From Camelus dromedarius (taxonomy: Eukaryota): a stretch of 64,000 bases of DNA. A model generated the notes under the pieces. The model did not search any database. It was not told the DNA's origin and was given only the letters and a program-made list of their open reading frames with translations. The translations under genes were made by a program, and so were the position numbers. Positions 37,791 to 50,422 of the stretch are shown here, one piece after another. The stretch spans positions 52,516,001 to 52,580,000 of the forward strand of contig NC_087437.1 of assembly GCF_036321535.1 (NCBI RefSeq), read 5' to 3'. Numbering within the stretch: position 1 is the first letter of the stretch; the number at the start of each line of letters is the position of its first letter.

Positions 37791-38091
37791 GTAAGTAAAG
37801 GCTGGAAAACGTCACTGTCGCAGTAGGCCCTTGTTGGGTGATCTTTCTTCCATCTAATCCTAGGAGGCTCTGGCAGATGGTAATCTAATGTGTAGTGGGG
37901 GCTGTCTTCCCAGTTGTTTGGAACTTGACTAGAATCTGTCTTTGTGTCTAAAGATAACCCCAAATCTGATCTTAACTGAGAAGTCATGTTCAGGTGCATT
38001 ACTGAAAACAAGTTTGTCATATGTCATAATGTAAAATACATCTTATTAGAATTTTGTGATTTGAATTTTCTCTGGGATTGATACGTTATTC

Positions 38092-38150
38092 TTTTTTTTT
38101 TTTTAACATTTTTTATAGATTTATAATCATTTTACAATGTTGTGTCAAAT
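38092..38150 (-). mobile_element. Ultra-short young L1 3' end with 14-bp TSD
   Basis: T13 tail + CATTTTACAATGTTGTGTCAAAT; TSD TTGATAC(G/A)TTATTC at 38078-38091 and 38151-38164. Confidence 0.8.
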
Positions 38151-39744
38151 TTGATACATTATTCTGAATGTTGTAAAGAACTATTAGCTGGGGAGAATTA
38201 TTCCTCTAAGTTCTTAAGCTCACTCACTCATGTCTCTGCTTTCCGTGATAGTTGGATTCATCTCATAGAACCTGGAGGTAATTTTTAATTTAAAACATAG
38301 GGTTGTAGGCAACTGTTTCAAATAGTAATTGCTAGAAGCCTGCCTTTAAAGCATAGCCACCTATTAGCTATGTACAGTGATGACAGGAATTTCACAGCGA
38401 GGAAGCAAATCCGTGACAGGCTGTTTTGAACCTCTTCTGCTCACTGGAAGCAAATGCAGATTCCAGTTTTTTATTTTAGTAAGGATACTTGAATAATTTT
38501 AATAATACTTGGATACTTTAATAAGGAACTTCTTTAATGAATGATATGAAGAAAAGTTGTTAAAAATGATTCTGTTTCATTGTTTTTAAGATCCTTTTTA
38601 TTTATGGGTGCTTATCTTGAATAAAAAGTATAGAGAAGACATTTTTAAATCTTAAGATACATCAAATTGTTTATAAAGCAGTTACTTCCTTCTAGTCTTT
38701 TCTGTTTAAGATGTTTGTAAACTGTGTACAAATATATACATGTGTGCATACACATATATATGTATTATCACATGCCTAGAAATGTTCTCATTGAAATCAT
38801 ACAGCATAGTTTTGTATGCTGCTTATAACAGGATACCAAAAAAACCATACTTTTATTACATTCATACTTTTTCTCTCTTTTTTAATCTGAAGAGTTCAGC
38901 TTCCGAGGTTGTCTGAGGCCTAGTCCCTTTCCTGATGCCCCAAACCAGCTTTTCTCAGTTTTTTTTCCATTATCACTCCCCCTCCCCAAATTTTTTGACT
39001 TAATTTCTCTACAACAAGAGAAATTAACACTAAGGAATAGACTTTTTGTTTGTTGGGTTGAGCTTTAGAGGGCTACAAATCATTGAAATGTCTAAGATTT
39101 TTACTTTCCAAGAACCAGCTTTCACTACCTTGGGGACGACATTGCTGCTTTTGTAGAGAATGCATGTTTACCTTTTATGTGGGTTGAGATGAGAACCAAG
39201 ATGCTTGTGTTAAATTTGAAAACCCTTTGGAGATTTGGATAAAGTCAGTCACTCTCAATACCTAAGTATACATCTCCTAAGGAATAAGGACATTCTCTTA
39301 AATAACTACAATGCCATTTATCAATTGGCAAACACTAATGTGTAATATACAGTTCATGTTCTGATGTCTTTAGATTTTTTTCCCTAATCCAGGGAGTCAG
39401 TCAGGGTTCATGCACATTCTTATGTCTCTTTAATCTCCTTTAATTTAAGAAAGTTATCCCACGTTTTTTTTTTTTTTTCATGGTAATGGGGTTTTTTAAG
39501 AGTCCAGGCCAGTTGCCTTATTTTATATGTTTTTAAATGAGAAAAAGTAAGTTGTAAGATGAAGTACTTTTTTTTTTAATAGAATAAAATGTATGTTTTT
39601 AAATTGTGTGTATGAGGTAGAGTCGAGAACTAGAAGAAAACACAGCAAACTATTAATGATAACTATTTCTAGAGTGGCTATTTTGTGGTCTTTTGCATTT
39701 GACATTTTATATGTTTCAATTTTTAAAGGATAATCGTGTAATTT

Positions 39745-39898
39745 GGGGGTGTAATTAGGTTTTTATTTGTTTGTTTGTTTGTTTGTTTACTTACTTACTT
39801 ACTTATTTATGAAGTGGAGGTACTGGGATTGAACCCAGGACCTTGTGCATGCTAAGCACTACCACCTAGGACTACCACTAAGCTGTCTCCTCCCCCCA
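39745..39898 (-). mobile_element. tRNA-derived SINE (Vic-1-like) with TSD
   Basis: Reverse B-box GGGATTGAACCC, (TTTG)n/(TTAC)n tract; TSD GTGTAATTT at 39736-39744 and 39899-39907. Confidence 0.88.
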
Positions 39899-40090
39899 GT
39901 GTAATTTTTGTAATTAAGAAAAAAAAAGTGTAAAAAACCAAAAACAATCACAGTTTTAAAAATCTAGTGGAGATGGATTTGAGAATGGGAGCTCTGTTAA
40001 TCATCACAATGCCTTTGTAATCATATGATAAGTCAATGGTAAATCTCCAAAGAGATTCATCAATATATTCCTTCTTTGTTGTTTTTTCAG

Positions 40091-40175
40091 TCAGTATTTA
40101 CAGGATGAGAGTAAGACCAAAAGAAATATTGATCTGAATCTTTTAGAGTGGACCCACTACAGCATGAAGCCACAT
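40091..40175 (+). CDS. SENP2: SENP2 exon 15
   Basis: (L)QYLQDESKTKRNIDLNLLEWTHYSMKPH; donor GTAAGT. Confidence 0.96.
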
Positions 40176-41686
40176 GTAAGTGCTGGTCATCTATATTTCA
40201 AATACCTTGGTTGCATTTCCTGTCAATAGCATGTTTAGACCTGGCTTCCTTCCTACCCTCACTCGCTAATCTGTAGGCATGCATTCTCTTGAAGTGTATA
40301 TCTTAAGAATGATCTACTTCTAAATCTTTAGAAATTCATTTAACCAAGATGTTTGCTTTTTAGCCTTTATCTTGTTGCTTAGATTGTAAATATTAAATAT
40401 GTGCTAGCGTGTCTCCAAAATACGAGGAAAAAACCAGCACAGTAAATTCAAGTCAGCTACTTTTCTTGATTGGCACTAATGAAAATTTAAAGTTGTAGTT
40501 CAAAACTTATCTGGGAAATTTATATATTTAAGTATTAAGGATCCTATGCCATGGGTCCTCAAGAATCAAATATGCTGTTTGTGAGTGTGCTTTGGATCTT
40601 GTCAGATTTGAATCTTATTCAGGGTTTTAAAAAGTATACATCTTTCAGTCCTAATGGCTTGTTTGTAAAGTAAACTACATGAATTCAGTTTTAGTCCTAA
40701 CCTCTGTATAATGGCTCAACTATCTTTATCTGAAAGCCTTTTCATTTCTAAGTTGACTAATGAGAAGAATAAGCTGTGAAATTTCCTGAGGAGAGCACAG
40801 ATACAGGAAGAGTTTTTGGGATGAATACTGCTTTCTGGAATGGGGAATGTAATAAAGAAAACAAATTCTCAAGTTTTCTCCACTCTGTGAGAGATGCTGG
40901 GCTCAGGAGAACAGTGTAGGATAGCTACCATGTGTATGGGTGCTGTACATTTTAATAAAAGTTGAGTTGTTGTCGTCTAGTATGTTTTCCAGCCATGGGA
41001 TCAGACTCTTACTCTCCTTACGCTAATGCTTACCTTATACTCTTGTGCTGCTTACAGCACACTGACACCAAGTGTGTATGGGGCTAGCCAAGATTAGTGC
41101 AACACAGGCCTGAGGAATGTGTGAGTTTACTCCACGGGGGCTTAGAATCCACCACCTTTGGTTTATGATGCCCTTAGCGCTGCTTGCAAGCAGTAAGCTC
41201 TGTTTTTCTCTCAGGGCAGAATTGAGCAGTTAAGGCAAGATTTCCTAATTGGTTAAGCCCTATCAAGAGGCTTTTTTTCTTTCTCTTGCTTGCAGCTGTG
41301 GGGGTCCAAAGCAGTGGTCTTATTTTTCTGGCCAGGGAAGAGAAGTCAAACTCTGCAGTGTTAAAATAGGTTAGTTGTATTGTAAACGTATTTCTGATTG
41401 AGCCACTTTCAAAATTTATAAATGCCTCTGAAACAATTCTGACTGGAGTTCCTGTTCCTGGCGATAAGCCTTCTTTCAGTCTGGTTTCTTTGTATGCGAG
41501 CTGAGAGATGGGACTCTCACTTTACTTTTCTCTTAACTTCTAAAAACCATTTTCTATGGGGGTTACATCCTCCATGTCATGGGTGGGGTTTTTATACCAC
41601 ATAAAGATGAGTTGTTTGTGTGTGTGTCTCTGTGTTTGTGCCTGATGAAATTTTACCCCTTCCTCCCCTTTTTTTGGTAATTTTAG

Positions 41687-41782
41687 GAGATTCCTCAACA
41701 GTTGAACGGGAGTGATTGTGGAATGTTTACTTGTAAATATGCAGATTATATCGCTAGGGACAAACCTATCACATTTACTCAG
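41687..41782 (+). CDS. SENP2: SENP2 exon 16 (oxyanion Gln, catalytic Cys548)
   Basis: [32 protein letters not shown]; donor GTGAGT. Confidence 0.98.
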
Positions 41783-42724
41783 GTGAGTGAAGACCCTTCC
41801 TCATCCACTTACTACTAAACAAGATAAACTCAGAGCATGTTACCAGTGCCTGGCACACATTAAGCTCTAAATGTTATTATTGCTGTAAACCTTGGCTGAA
41901 TCCTTACTCTTCCTAGCATCAGGGTTTGTCACTGTATCTGTTCTCAGGTTTATCCTAGTCTTTGGTGACCAGTGGGTCAATTTGTGTTATCTCTGAACTT
42001 CAGTGTTCACTGGTTCTTCGGTAGTACTGATATTTTTAGCCAAAGAAGTAGGCACGTCGGAATATGTAACAGCATGGGGAAATCAGGCCTTGTGAGAACT
42101 TAAGCTGCAGATTTAAGATGTAACTATGAGTGCTACCTTTCCCTTCTGTTCTGATTAGTTTTGGTTCTCCATAGGTCTGCATTTGAGTGGAAATTCAAAT
42201 ATGTTGGGAACTCCTGGGAATTTATGTTTGCAATAGTGAATTCTCAGCCTTTTTACAACCAAGGACAACCTCTTTTAAAAAAATAGTTTGCTAAAACAGA
42301 CCTCATTTTGATAGATGTTGTCTACTAAATTATACGTATTGAATAGTAGGACTGATAATAACCACATTCCAGGCTTTTGGGCAGTATGAACTAACTAGGT
42401 CTCCCATGCTGAATTAATACAGGTGGTTAGCTTCAGCAGTTTTACTAAGAATAAATGTGCAGTTTTTTTACTGCATGGTTTGAGCTATTTAAAATAATTT
42501 ATAAATGCATGCATTAAGACTTTTTAGGTCCCTCCACATAGGAAATCACTAGTTTATAGTAAAATGGTATATCCAGCTATTTATAAAGAAATACCAGGAG
42601 TACCTCAAGGTATGGACTTCTGATTTCATCAAAAGAGTTACAGATGATTTTGAATTTGTCTTGCATGTTGTTGCTTTGAAAATTGGCCCATGTAGTGACT
42701 ATCAGTTAAAGCGAAATAATATAT

Positions 42725-42871
42725 ATATATTTTAAAATTTATTTATTTTTGATGGGGGGAGGCAGTTAGGTTTATTTAGTATTTATTTATTCTTGGAGGA
42801 AGTAGTGGGGATTGAACCCAGGACCTCAGGCATGCTAAGCATTTGTTTACCAGTTGAGCTATATCCCCCCC
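42725..42871 (-). mobile_element. tRNA-derived SINE (Vic-1-like) with TSD
   Basis: Reverse A/B boxes; 17-bp TSD AAAGC(GA/AG)AATAATATAT at 42708-42724 and 42872-42888. Confidence 0.88.
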
Positions 42872-43467
42872 AAAGCAGAATAATATATTAAGCAAAGCAT
42901 CTCATTCTTTGATGCTTCTAAATAACAGGGAGTTATTTGTTCTTTGAACCTAAGATACGAGATTTGAAGGTGAGAAGTTGCTCTTTGAACAGAATTGGCA
43001 ATGGACAACATTTGGTAGAGCAGAAAAAGAAATTTGTAGATTAAAAAAATTTAAATAGAGTTTGTGTTTTTTCCATAAAGCAGAATATATTTATTTCAGA
43101 GTGTTTTGAAAAATACAAAAAAAAATGTTTTGAAAATACAGATAAGTAGAAAAGTTACCTATTGTGCTACCACTTAGCTATTTTCCTTTTTGGTTCCCCT
43201 TTTTTTTATGAAGTTGTTGGTGGACTCTGTTGTATAATTCTACATCCTGCTTTGATTTCCCATGTAATATATGCTTATGATACATATAATAATACACATT
43301 ATAAACCTCCTTTTTAATGGCTTTATAAGTCTGTATCATGAGATAGACAAGTCAAAGCTTACAAAAAGTACATTGACATCCTACTTTATTTACATGCTAC
43401 ACCTAAAGGTTGTTGATACTGGGCACTTTCATGTGTAATGTATGTGTTACTTATGGATTCTTTGCAG

Positions 43468-43530
43468 CACCAGATGCCTCTCTTCCGGAAGAAGATGGTG
43501 TGGGAAATCATTCATCAGCAATTGCTGTGA
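43468..43530 (+). CDS. SENP2: SENP2 exon 17, terminal coding part
   Basis: HQMPLFRKKMVWEIIHQQLL then TGA. Confidence 0.97.
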   Translation, partial: HQMPLFRKKMVWEIIHQQLL

Positions 43531-44790
43531 GAATGCCCTACCCAGTCCCTCCAGCTGCTGGTGATTCTTTCACGGATGGACGTTTCCATATACCTCATGC
43601 ATTGTGGGTTAAAAAGTCCCTGCATCACCTCTGTTCTCTCACAGGTACTGAGCTGTCAGAAGTGCATGAGGCCTCTCTCTGCACCCTAGTCCTGACTTGT
43701 TGTGCAGAGGGCTGCTTGCAACCCTGTTTATAAGGCCGTGCCTGCTCAGAGCCCTGGACTATTCAACCCACACAAGAACAAACGCTAATTAATATTTTTT
43801 TTTTAGAAGATTTTTTTTTTTTTTTTCCCCTGTGAATGTGGGAAATGCAACATTTATTCTATGGGGTTTTTTTTTCTGTGTGTTTGTTCACGTGTCTTCA
43901 TTCGCTCACTCATTTGCAAACATAATGGGCAGTGGCTCTTTTCTGCTGCTCTTTTAAAGTTAACTCTAAATTACTTGTTTGAACTATTTATTTCTGAAAG
44001 GAATGTTAATCAAGCTGCCACTCCCTGCTGAAGTTCAGGAGGAAATCAGTGGGGGTAGGAAGGAAGGGTTAATTAACTGCTCTAACGCCAGAGCAGTAAC
44101 TGCCAACTTGAAGCTGGAAGTCTTTCTTCTGAGGCTTGAACGTGCCAGGAGAAGCACTGTGGGGTAGGCTCCGGTTGCCTTTCAGAGGAAGTCCCACACT
44201 GCAGCACTGGCATGGTGTTGTGGAAAAGTGGAACTGTGGCCAAGGAACTCTGGCTATCCAAGTGTCTTCAGAAGAGTGTCGTAGTCGTCCTAAAGAGACT
44301 TCCCTCTCTGGAAATGAGGTGACTTGGCTATTCTTGAAACTGGATTTGAAGTACCTGTAAACCCTAAATCTTCATTCTCATCCCAGATCTGGTTGAGTAT
44401 AAATCTCAGATAAGGGCTGGCCTGAGCTGTTCATTTCAAAAGATACTATTCAATTTAAAGCTATTTTTCCTCAGAGTTTTCTTTTTTTTTTTTTCTATAT
44501 TAATGAAGCCGAAATTAAGTTCTGTACTCATTAGGATTCACATCTCCCTATCCCACCCCTACTGAAATCCGTGGAAGATTTAGTACTTGGCTCTGAGGTT
44601 GCCAGTTATACAGTAATCTATTTTGCATATGAAAGTTTGTATTTAACTGTTTTGTTCATTAAAAACCTTACAGTGATTACACATATTTAATTAACTTCAG
44701 AAAGTTTAGAGTTGGTCAGAACATATTTTGCAAGATCTAGTGCCTAGTGTTGCTTTTCCAATGTAATAAAAGGTTGTCTGGCAGAACCTG
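43531..44790 (+). other. SENP2: SENP2 3'UTR (approximate end)
   Basis: Repeat-poor U-rich sequence after the stop codon. Candidate poly(A) signals are ATTAAA 44658-44663 and AATAAA 44765-44770. Confidence 0.7.
44765..44770 (+). terminator. SENP2: Candidate SENP2 polyadenylation signal AATAAA
   Basis: Canonical hexamer immediately preceded by TGTA (CFIm-type motif), about 1.24 kb past the stop codon. Confidence 0.6.
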
Positions 44791-47700
44791 AAAAGTATTT
44801 GCTGAAATGATTTCTAACCCTTTCGCTACTTAAACCTCCCACACTTGTCCTGGTTCACAAAAGCAAGAGGTAAAACCAGAAAAATTGGGCATATGTTAGC
44901 TATGAACCAACATGCCTGCCACCTGGAGGGCCCAGGCTGCTGCTCTCCAGCCAGTTTTCCCTGAGATGTGTCAAAGTTTTCATACAGGACCTGGGATCTA
45001 TGATGTGGATTGAAACTGCTGTGCCTACTTGATGGTCAAACCAGAGGTCTTAAGTGTGCTTAAGTGATGATTAAAGAGTGTGAGCCAGTTGGGCTGAGTC
45101 TCCCTCAAGCTTAGGCTGTACAGAGAAGCCTTCCTGCAGCCTCCGTTTATTTCCTGAGGCTGCTGGATCTGTGCCAGTGAGTATTGGATCAGGCAGCTGG
45201 AACAGCCAGAAAAGGCCAGAGATTTACTGGGTCAGCAGTACGCTGAATACCTGGCTTCCACTTGGCACTAGTAGGTTTCAGCTGAGAATTTAGCACCTTG
45301 GTTAAGATTTGTTCCATGTGGGGTAAATCCTGTTAGGAATGGCAGTTTGTATTCTGCTCAAATGAGTGATACTGGGGGGCAGTGTAATTTGTATTACAAG
45401 CATTTGAAAGGGCTTACAGTGTTCACTGAGCTTTCCGTTAACGTGGCTCTTTAGGATAGCTCTTAATCTCCCAGGACATAATGAAGTTGATGAGAACAGA
45501 GAGTTAAGGTGGAGAATGGCATTCTGAATACTTGACCTTGAATTCCTAAATTGAATAGGAGATACCACAGGCCGTGCTTCTCTAGGTACTGATGTGTCTC
45601 TCTTGGTGCAGAGAAGCTTGTTGGTGATAGAATTTTAGTATCTAGACAGTTTATGAGAAAAGCAGTCAGGTGATAAAAACAACTGTTGATTTTTTCAGTA
45701 GTAGATTATCAACATTAAAGCCAGCGTGTGAGAGAGAGAGATCTATAGATACATTTTAGCTTGGGGGTCTGAAAAAAGATGGAATGAACCATTGTTCTTT
45801 TTCAGTAGACAGCGTCTCCTAAAAATTGATAAAGAAGGAAAAACCAAACCACAGCTGTTGGTGAGCAAGTCTTCATCTTTGACCTTTAAGCCAGGATGAG
45901 GGTAGGAGGGAAACAGTCGGGGAACATGGAAGATGTTCCGGAGCCCCACATTCTACCTCAGTTACCTACGGCTGTTAGATCTGATCTTTTCCTCCTCTCA
46001 AATCCTAAGCACACTCAGGGAACTCGGTGTCATATGGTGAATGTTTGCCTGCACTGTGAGGAGTTGCTTGGTGCTGGGACCAAGGTGTGGGTGCGGGGAG
46101 AATGTGGTCTTGGAGATACACTGAATCTCAGACACAAATAAATAAATATGGTAGAGAAATTTAAGTTTGGAATAACCTTAGTGCTATAGTTAAGCTACAC
46201 TAAACTGGCTTTTATGAACTAATTGGGAACCTAATCTCTTTATGATAGTTTCTTTGAGAAAAGTTTAAGTACCCAATAGTCAAACAAACTTTTGGTACTG
46301 TACTTGTCTGGAAGTTAGGGATCTAAGTGGCTGTATTGCTTTGATTTTTTTTTTTTAATTTACCTAATATATATAAGGAAGGGTTTCAGTGTTTGAAATA
46401 GGTGTTGAGTTTATCTATTTACCACTAAACTCAACTCTTTAATTCAGTGGCTTTCAGTGTTTTAAATTACAACTCATAGTAATAAATGTATTTTATGTTG
46501 TGACCAGTATACACATGCATATATATTATGTGATCATATATGGACACAGAAGTTTTACAAAAATATTTATCCTTACTACACTGATATTTTTCTTTACTTT
46601 TTTTTTTTTAAGTGGGTTGTGACCACCACATTGATTTCTCAGCCCACTAAATGGGTAGAAATCCACAGTTTGAAAAACAATGCTTTAAATGAACTGACAG
46701 CAAGATGCAAATTATGTTTAAAACTACATAGCTTGAGGCCACAAAAATATGATAAATGTGGGGTGGTTTTGAGGTGAATCAATCTAAACCGAGGAAAACA
46801 GGCCAGAAGTTTTCAGATCGTCGGTGGAAACGTGTTGTAAGTAACCCTTGTTCTTCAGGTCTTTACATTGGCATTTTGTAAAATACGTTCAGTAGAAGCC
46901 CTGTTTTATGTAGGATGTAAAACAAAGGGTTCTATGGCCCAGTGGATGTGTGCACCATGTCCTTTCCTCCTGGGAATGCATGGTAAACATAATAAATTAA
47001 TGTCTTAACCTAGCGTGTCTGAAAACTTGGACATTGAGCCCCTTTCTGTGTAACGTCTGGGGAACTGTTTTATGAATACAGTTTGGGAAGTCCCAGGGGA
47101 AACAACATGGAGTTCCACCGCCCCTCCTTACCCTTAGCAGATACACAGACTGCCTCCTTAAGGGCTTAGGGTGATCATAAGTCCATGGTGCCACTTACAT
47201 TTTTCTTTAATTGTATCAATAGGTGTTCATAGTAGAAAAATAAAATGCTGATAAAAGGTAAAGAATAAAGAGTTCTGCAAACCCACCACCCAGAGTTAAT
47301 AACTCTTAACATTAACATGTTGGTATATACCCTGGTCTCTGGTATATATACCCTTCGTGTAAGTGTGATAAGTGTGTGTGTTGTGCATGCTTGTGCATGT
47401 ATTTATTTCTTGTTATTAACAAATGTGGAATCATACTATGCATGTGGCTATATAACCCCTTCCCACTTAATTTATTTGAACATATCTCATGTCAATAAAT
47501 ATTGACATTTTAATTGCTGTGTAGTGTTCCAGAGTATGGTTATAATAATTTATTTAATCAGTATTGTTAGACATACCATCTTGTACAATGTTTCAGTTAT
47601 TCTCTTAGGAAAAATTCTTAGAGTTAAAACTTCTAAATGAATGCTACTTTTTTTTTTTTAAATTGGAAAAAAATCACTCATTGGTATTTTGACTTCTGGC

Positions 47701-48152
47701 ACAGGATGATTATTTGTATCTATTGACTTAAGTTCTGTAATGTTTTTCATGTGTAGGTCTTTGGGATAAGTTCATTCTGAGAGATTTAATGTCTCATTTT
47801 AGTGGACAATTTAATCTTTTTTCAACTACTGTACAAAAAAATTTTATTATCGAAATTTTAAGATATACACAATCATCACTCCCTTTCAGCTGTTACTAAA
47901 ATTGGCTAATCTTGATTCACCTTTTTTTTCATGGGAGGGGTGGTCTGGAGTATTTTAAAGTAAAACTCTGACATGTCTTTCTACCTAAGTACTTAAGAAT
48001 GTCTCCCTAACAAGTATCTTTTTTTAAAAGCCTGTCATTTTCACACCTAATAAAATTAGTAAGAATTTGTTCATACCATCTAATACTCAGTTCATATTCA
48101 AGGTTCCCTGATTATTAAAAAAAAGTTTTATTATATTCTTCTAATCTGGATA

Positions 48153-48722
48153 TATAATGGCTGAATGATGGCTCCTCCAAAACATGCCCACATGCCCACA
48201 TCCTAATCCTTGGAATCTGTGAATATTACCTTGTATGGCAAAAGACGTGATTAATGATCTTGAGAAAAGGAATTTATCCTGGATTATCTGGGTGTGCCCT
48301 AAGTGTAATCATATGCCTTATAAGAAAGAAGCAGATTGTTGAGACAGATGAGGCAGAGGCGTTGAAGTGGGCCTGGCAGTGTTTAATACCCATTTTTGGG
48401 TATAAACAAAATCTGGAAAAAGATACCCAAGGGTTAATAATGGTTAGCTAGACAGGCTTCGTTTCTTTCCACTTTATAAACTTGTGTTTGGAATTTTAAA
48501 AAAGAAGAGGCAGTGAGACTACAGAAGCAGAGACCGACTGGAGTGATGCTACCACAAGCCGGGGAGGCCTGGAGCCACCAAAGCTGGAAGAGCCTTCAGA
48601 GCGAACATGGCCCTGCTGACGTCTTGATTTTGGACTTCTGGCTCCATAACTGTGAGAGAATAAATTTCTGTTTAAATCCATCAAATTTGTGGTACTTACA
48701 GCAGTTGCAGGAGACTAATACA
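48153..48722 (+). mobile_element. MaLR LTR (MLT1-type), interrupted
   Basis: CCACATCCTAATCCTTGGAATCTGTGAATATTACCTTGTATGGCAAAAG...CTGTGAGAGAATAAATTTCTG...GGAGACTAATACA. Confidence 0.8.
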
Positions 48723-49264
48723 GGATCCAGTAAAATGTACACATTGCCTTTGGTTATATCTCTTGAGTTTCTTTTATTCAACAGCAGTCTCCCTCCTTGT
48801 ACTGTTAGTTATTAGAGAAACTCGGTATTCCTGTGGAAAATCACACTTTTAGATGTAGCTTATAGCTCCTTGGTGGTGCTTAACCACTTCCTCCGTCCCT
48901 TGTATTTCATGTAAACTATAAGCTTGATCTAGAAGCTTGATCAGATTCAGGTTGAATTTATGAGGCAAGGATACTTCATTAGTGGTCCTGTTGTGTTGCA
49001 TCTTGTCACACACAATGTCTGCTTGTTCCACTTACTGGTCCTTAGATTGATCTGTGGTTCAGGCTATGAGTCCCTATTCATCTTTCTCCTCTTGGTTTTA
49101 AATTTAATTGATGATCCATTATTTCAGTTAGAGGTACAAAATGATGATTTTCTCATTCTATCATTCTTTCTATGTTAATTACCTTGAATTCGTCTATAAA
49201 AGAAAAACTTATCAACTAATTTGGTCACCCTGAAATGAACTTCATATAGGAAAAAATGAAATTT

Positions 49265-49691
49265 AAAAAATTTATTTATTAAAATAGTTGATTTACAATA
49301 TTATATTAGCTTCAAGTATGTAACAGTGATTCAAAAATTTTATAGATTATACTCCATTTAAAGTTGTTAATAAGATTTTGGCTGTATTTGCTGTGCTGTA
49401 CTTACCTTTGTAGCTTATTTATTTTATAATAGGAGTTTGTACCTCTTAACCCCCTACTCGTATCTTGCCCTTCTCCCCTTTTCTCTCCCCATTGGTAATT
49501 ACTAGTTTGTTCTCTGTATCTGTGAGTCTGTCTGTTTTGTTACGTTTGTTTGTTTTATTTTTGAGATTCCACATATGAGTGATAACATACAGTATCTTTC
49601 TCTGACTTATTTCACTAAGCATAATACCCTCCAGGTCCATCTATGTTGTTGCAAATGGCAAAATTTCATTCTTTATGACTGAGTAGTATTG

Positions 49692-49730
<39 letters not shown>

Positions 49731-50165
49731 ATGTATGTATGTATGTATGTATGTATGTATATATCATATCTTCTTTATCCATTCATCTGTTGATGGACAC
49801 TTAGGTTGCTTCCATGTCTTAGCTATTGTAAATAGCACTGCTATGAACATATAGAAAGTCCCCTACTGTTATTTTGTTATTGTCAGTTTCTCCCTTTATG
49901 TCTGTTAATATTTGCTTTATGTATTTATGTGCTCCTTTGTTGGGTGCATATATAATTGTTATATCTTCTTGGACTGATCTCTTGATCATTATGTAGTTTT
50001 CTTCTTGTCTATTGTTAAAGTCTTTGTTTTAAAGTCTATTTTATCTGTTACAAGTATTGCTACCCTGGCTTTCTTTTGATTTCCATTTGCACGGAATAAC
50101 TTTTTTTCATCCCCCTCATTTTCAGTCTGTTCGTGTCTAGATCTGAAGTGAGTCTTATAGGCAGT
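49265..50165 (-). mobile_element. L1 remnant: 3'UTR/ORF2 C-terminus joined to ORF2 endonuclease segment
   Basis: Minus translations MDLEGIMLSEISQ (ORF2 end) and ANGNQKKARVAILVTDKIDFKTK (endonuclease); (TG)n(TATG)n inside at ~49690-49760. Confidence 0.85.
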
Positions 50166-50316
50166 GTATGTGTGTCTGTGTGTGTATATATATTCCACCA
50201 GAGATTCACAGTGAAAATCACTGATTTTTTAAATTACTTCAAGTAATTGTTTTCTCTGATTATTGCCATCAACTTGATACAGTTATTTGTTTTTGGTGTT
50301 CACAGATTTGCTTTTT

Positions 50317-50422
50317 TAAAAAATTTTTTTAAAACTGTAGGTACTGGGGATTGAACTCAGGACCTCATGCATGCTAATCATGTGCTCTACGACTAGCTAT
50401 ATCCTACCCCGTGACCCCCTGA
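50317..50422 (-). mobile_element. tRNA-derived SINE (Vic-1-like) with TSD
   Basis: Reverse B-box GGGATTGAAC; TSD ATTTGCTTTTT at 50306-50316 and 50423-50433. Confidence 0.85.

Larger units (their letters stand above)
15824..43530 (+). other. SENP2: SENP2 gene span ATG to stop (17 coding exons, 589 aa SUMO-specific protease 2)
   Basis: Exon lengths 101+56+134+67+91+169+104+95+52+64+177+132+204+80+85+96+63 = 1770 nt. Phases are consistent throughout and all introns are GT-AG. The translation is colinear with human SENP2. Confidence 0.98.

Noticed and set aside
43410..43733. 107-aa ORF overlapping the SENP2 last exon in another frame
   Set aside because: Non-ATG start inside the intron and no known similarity; the canonical frame closes correctly at 43530.
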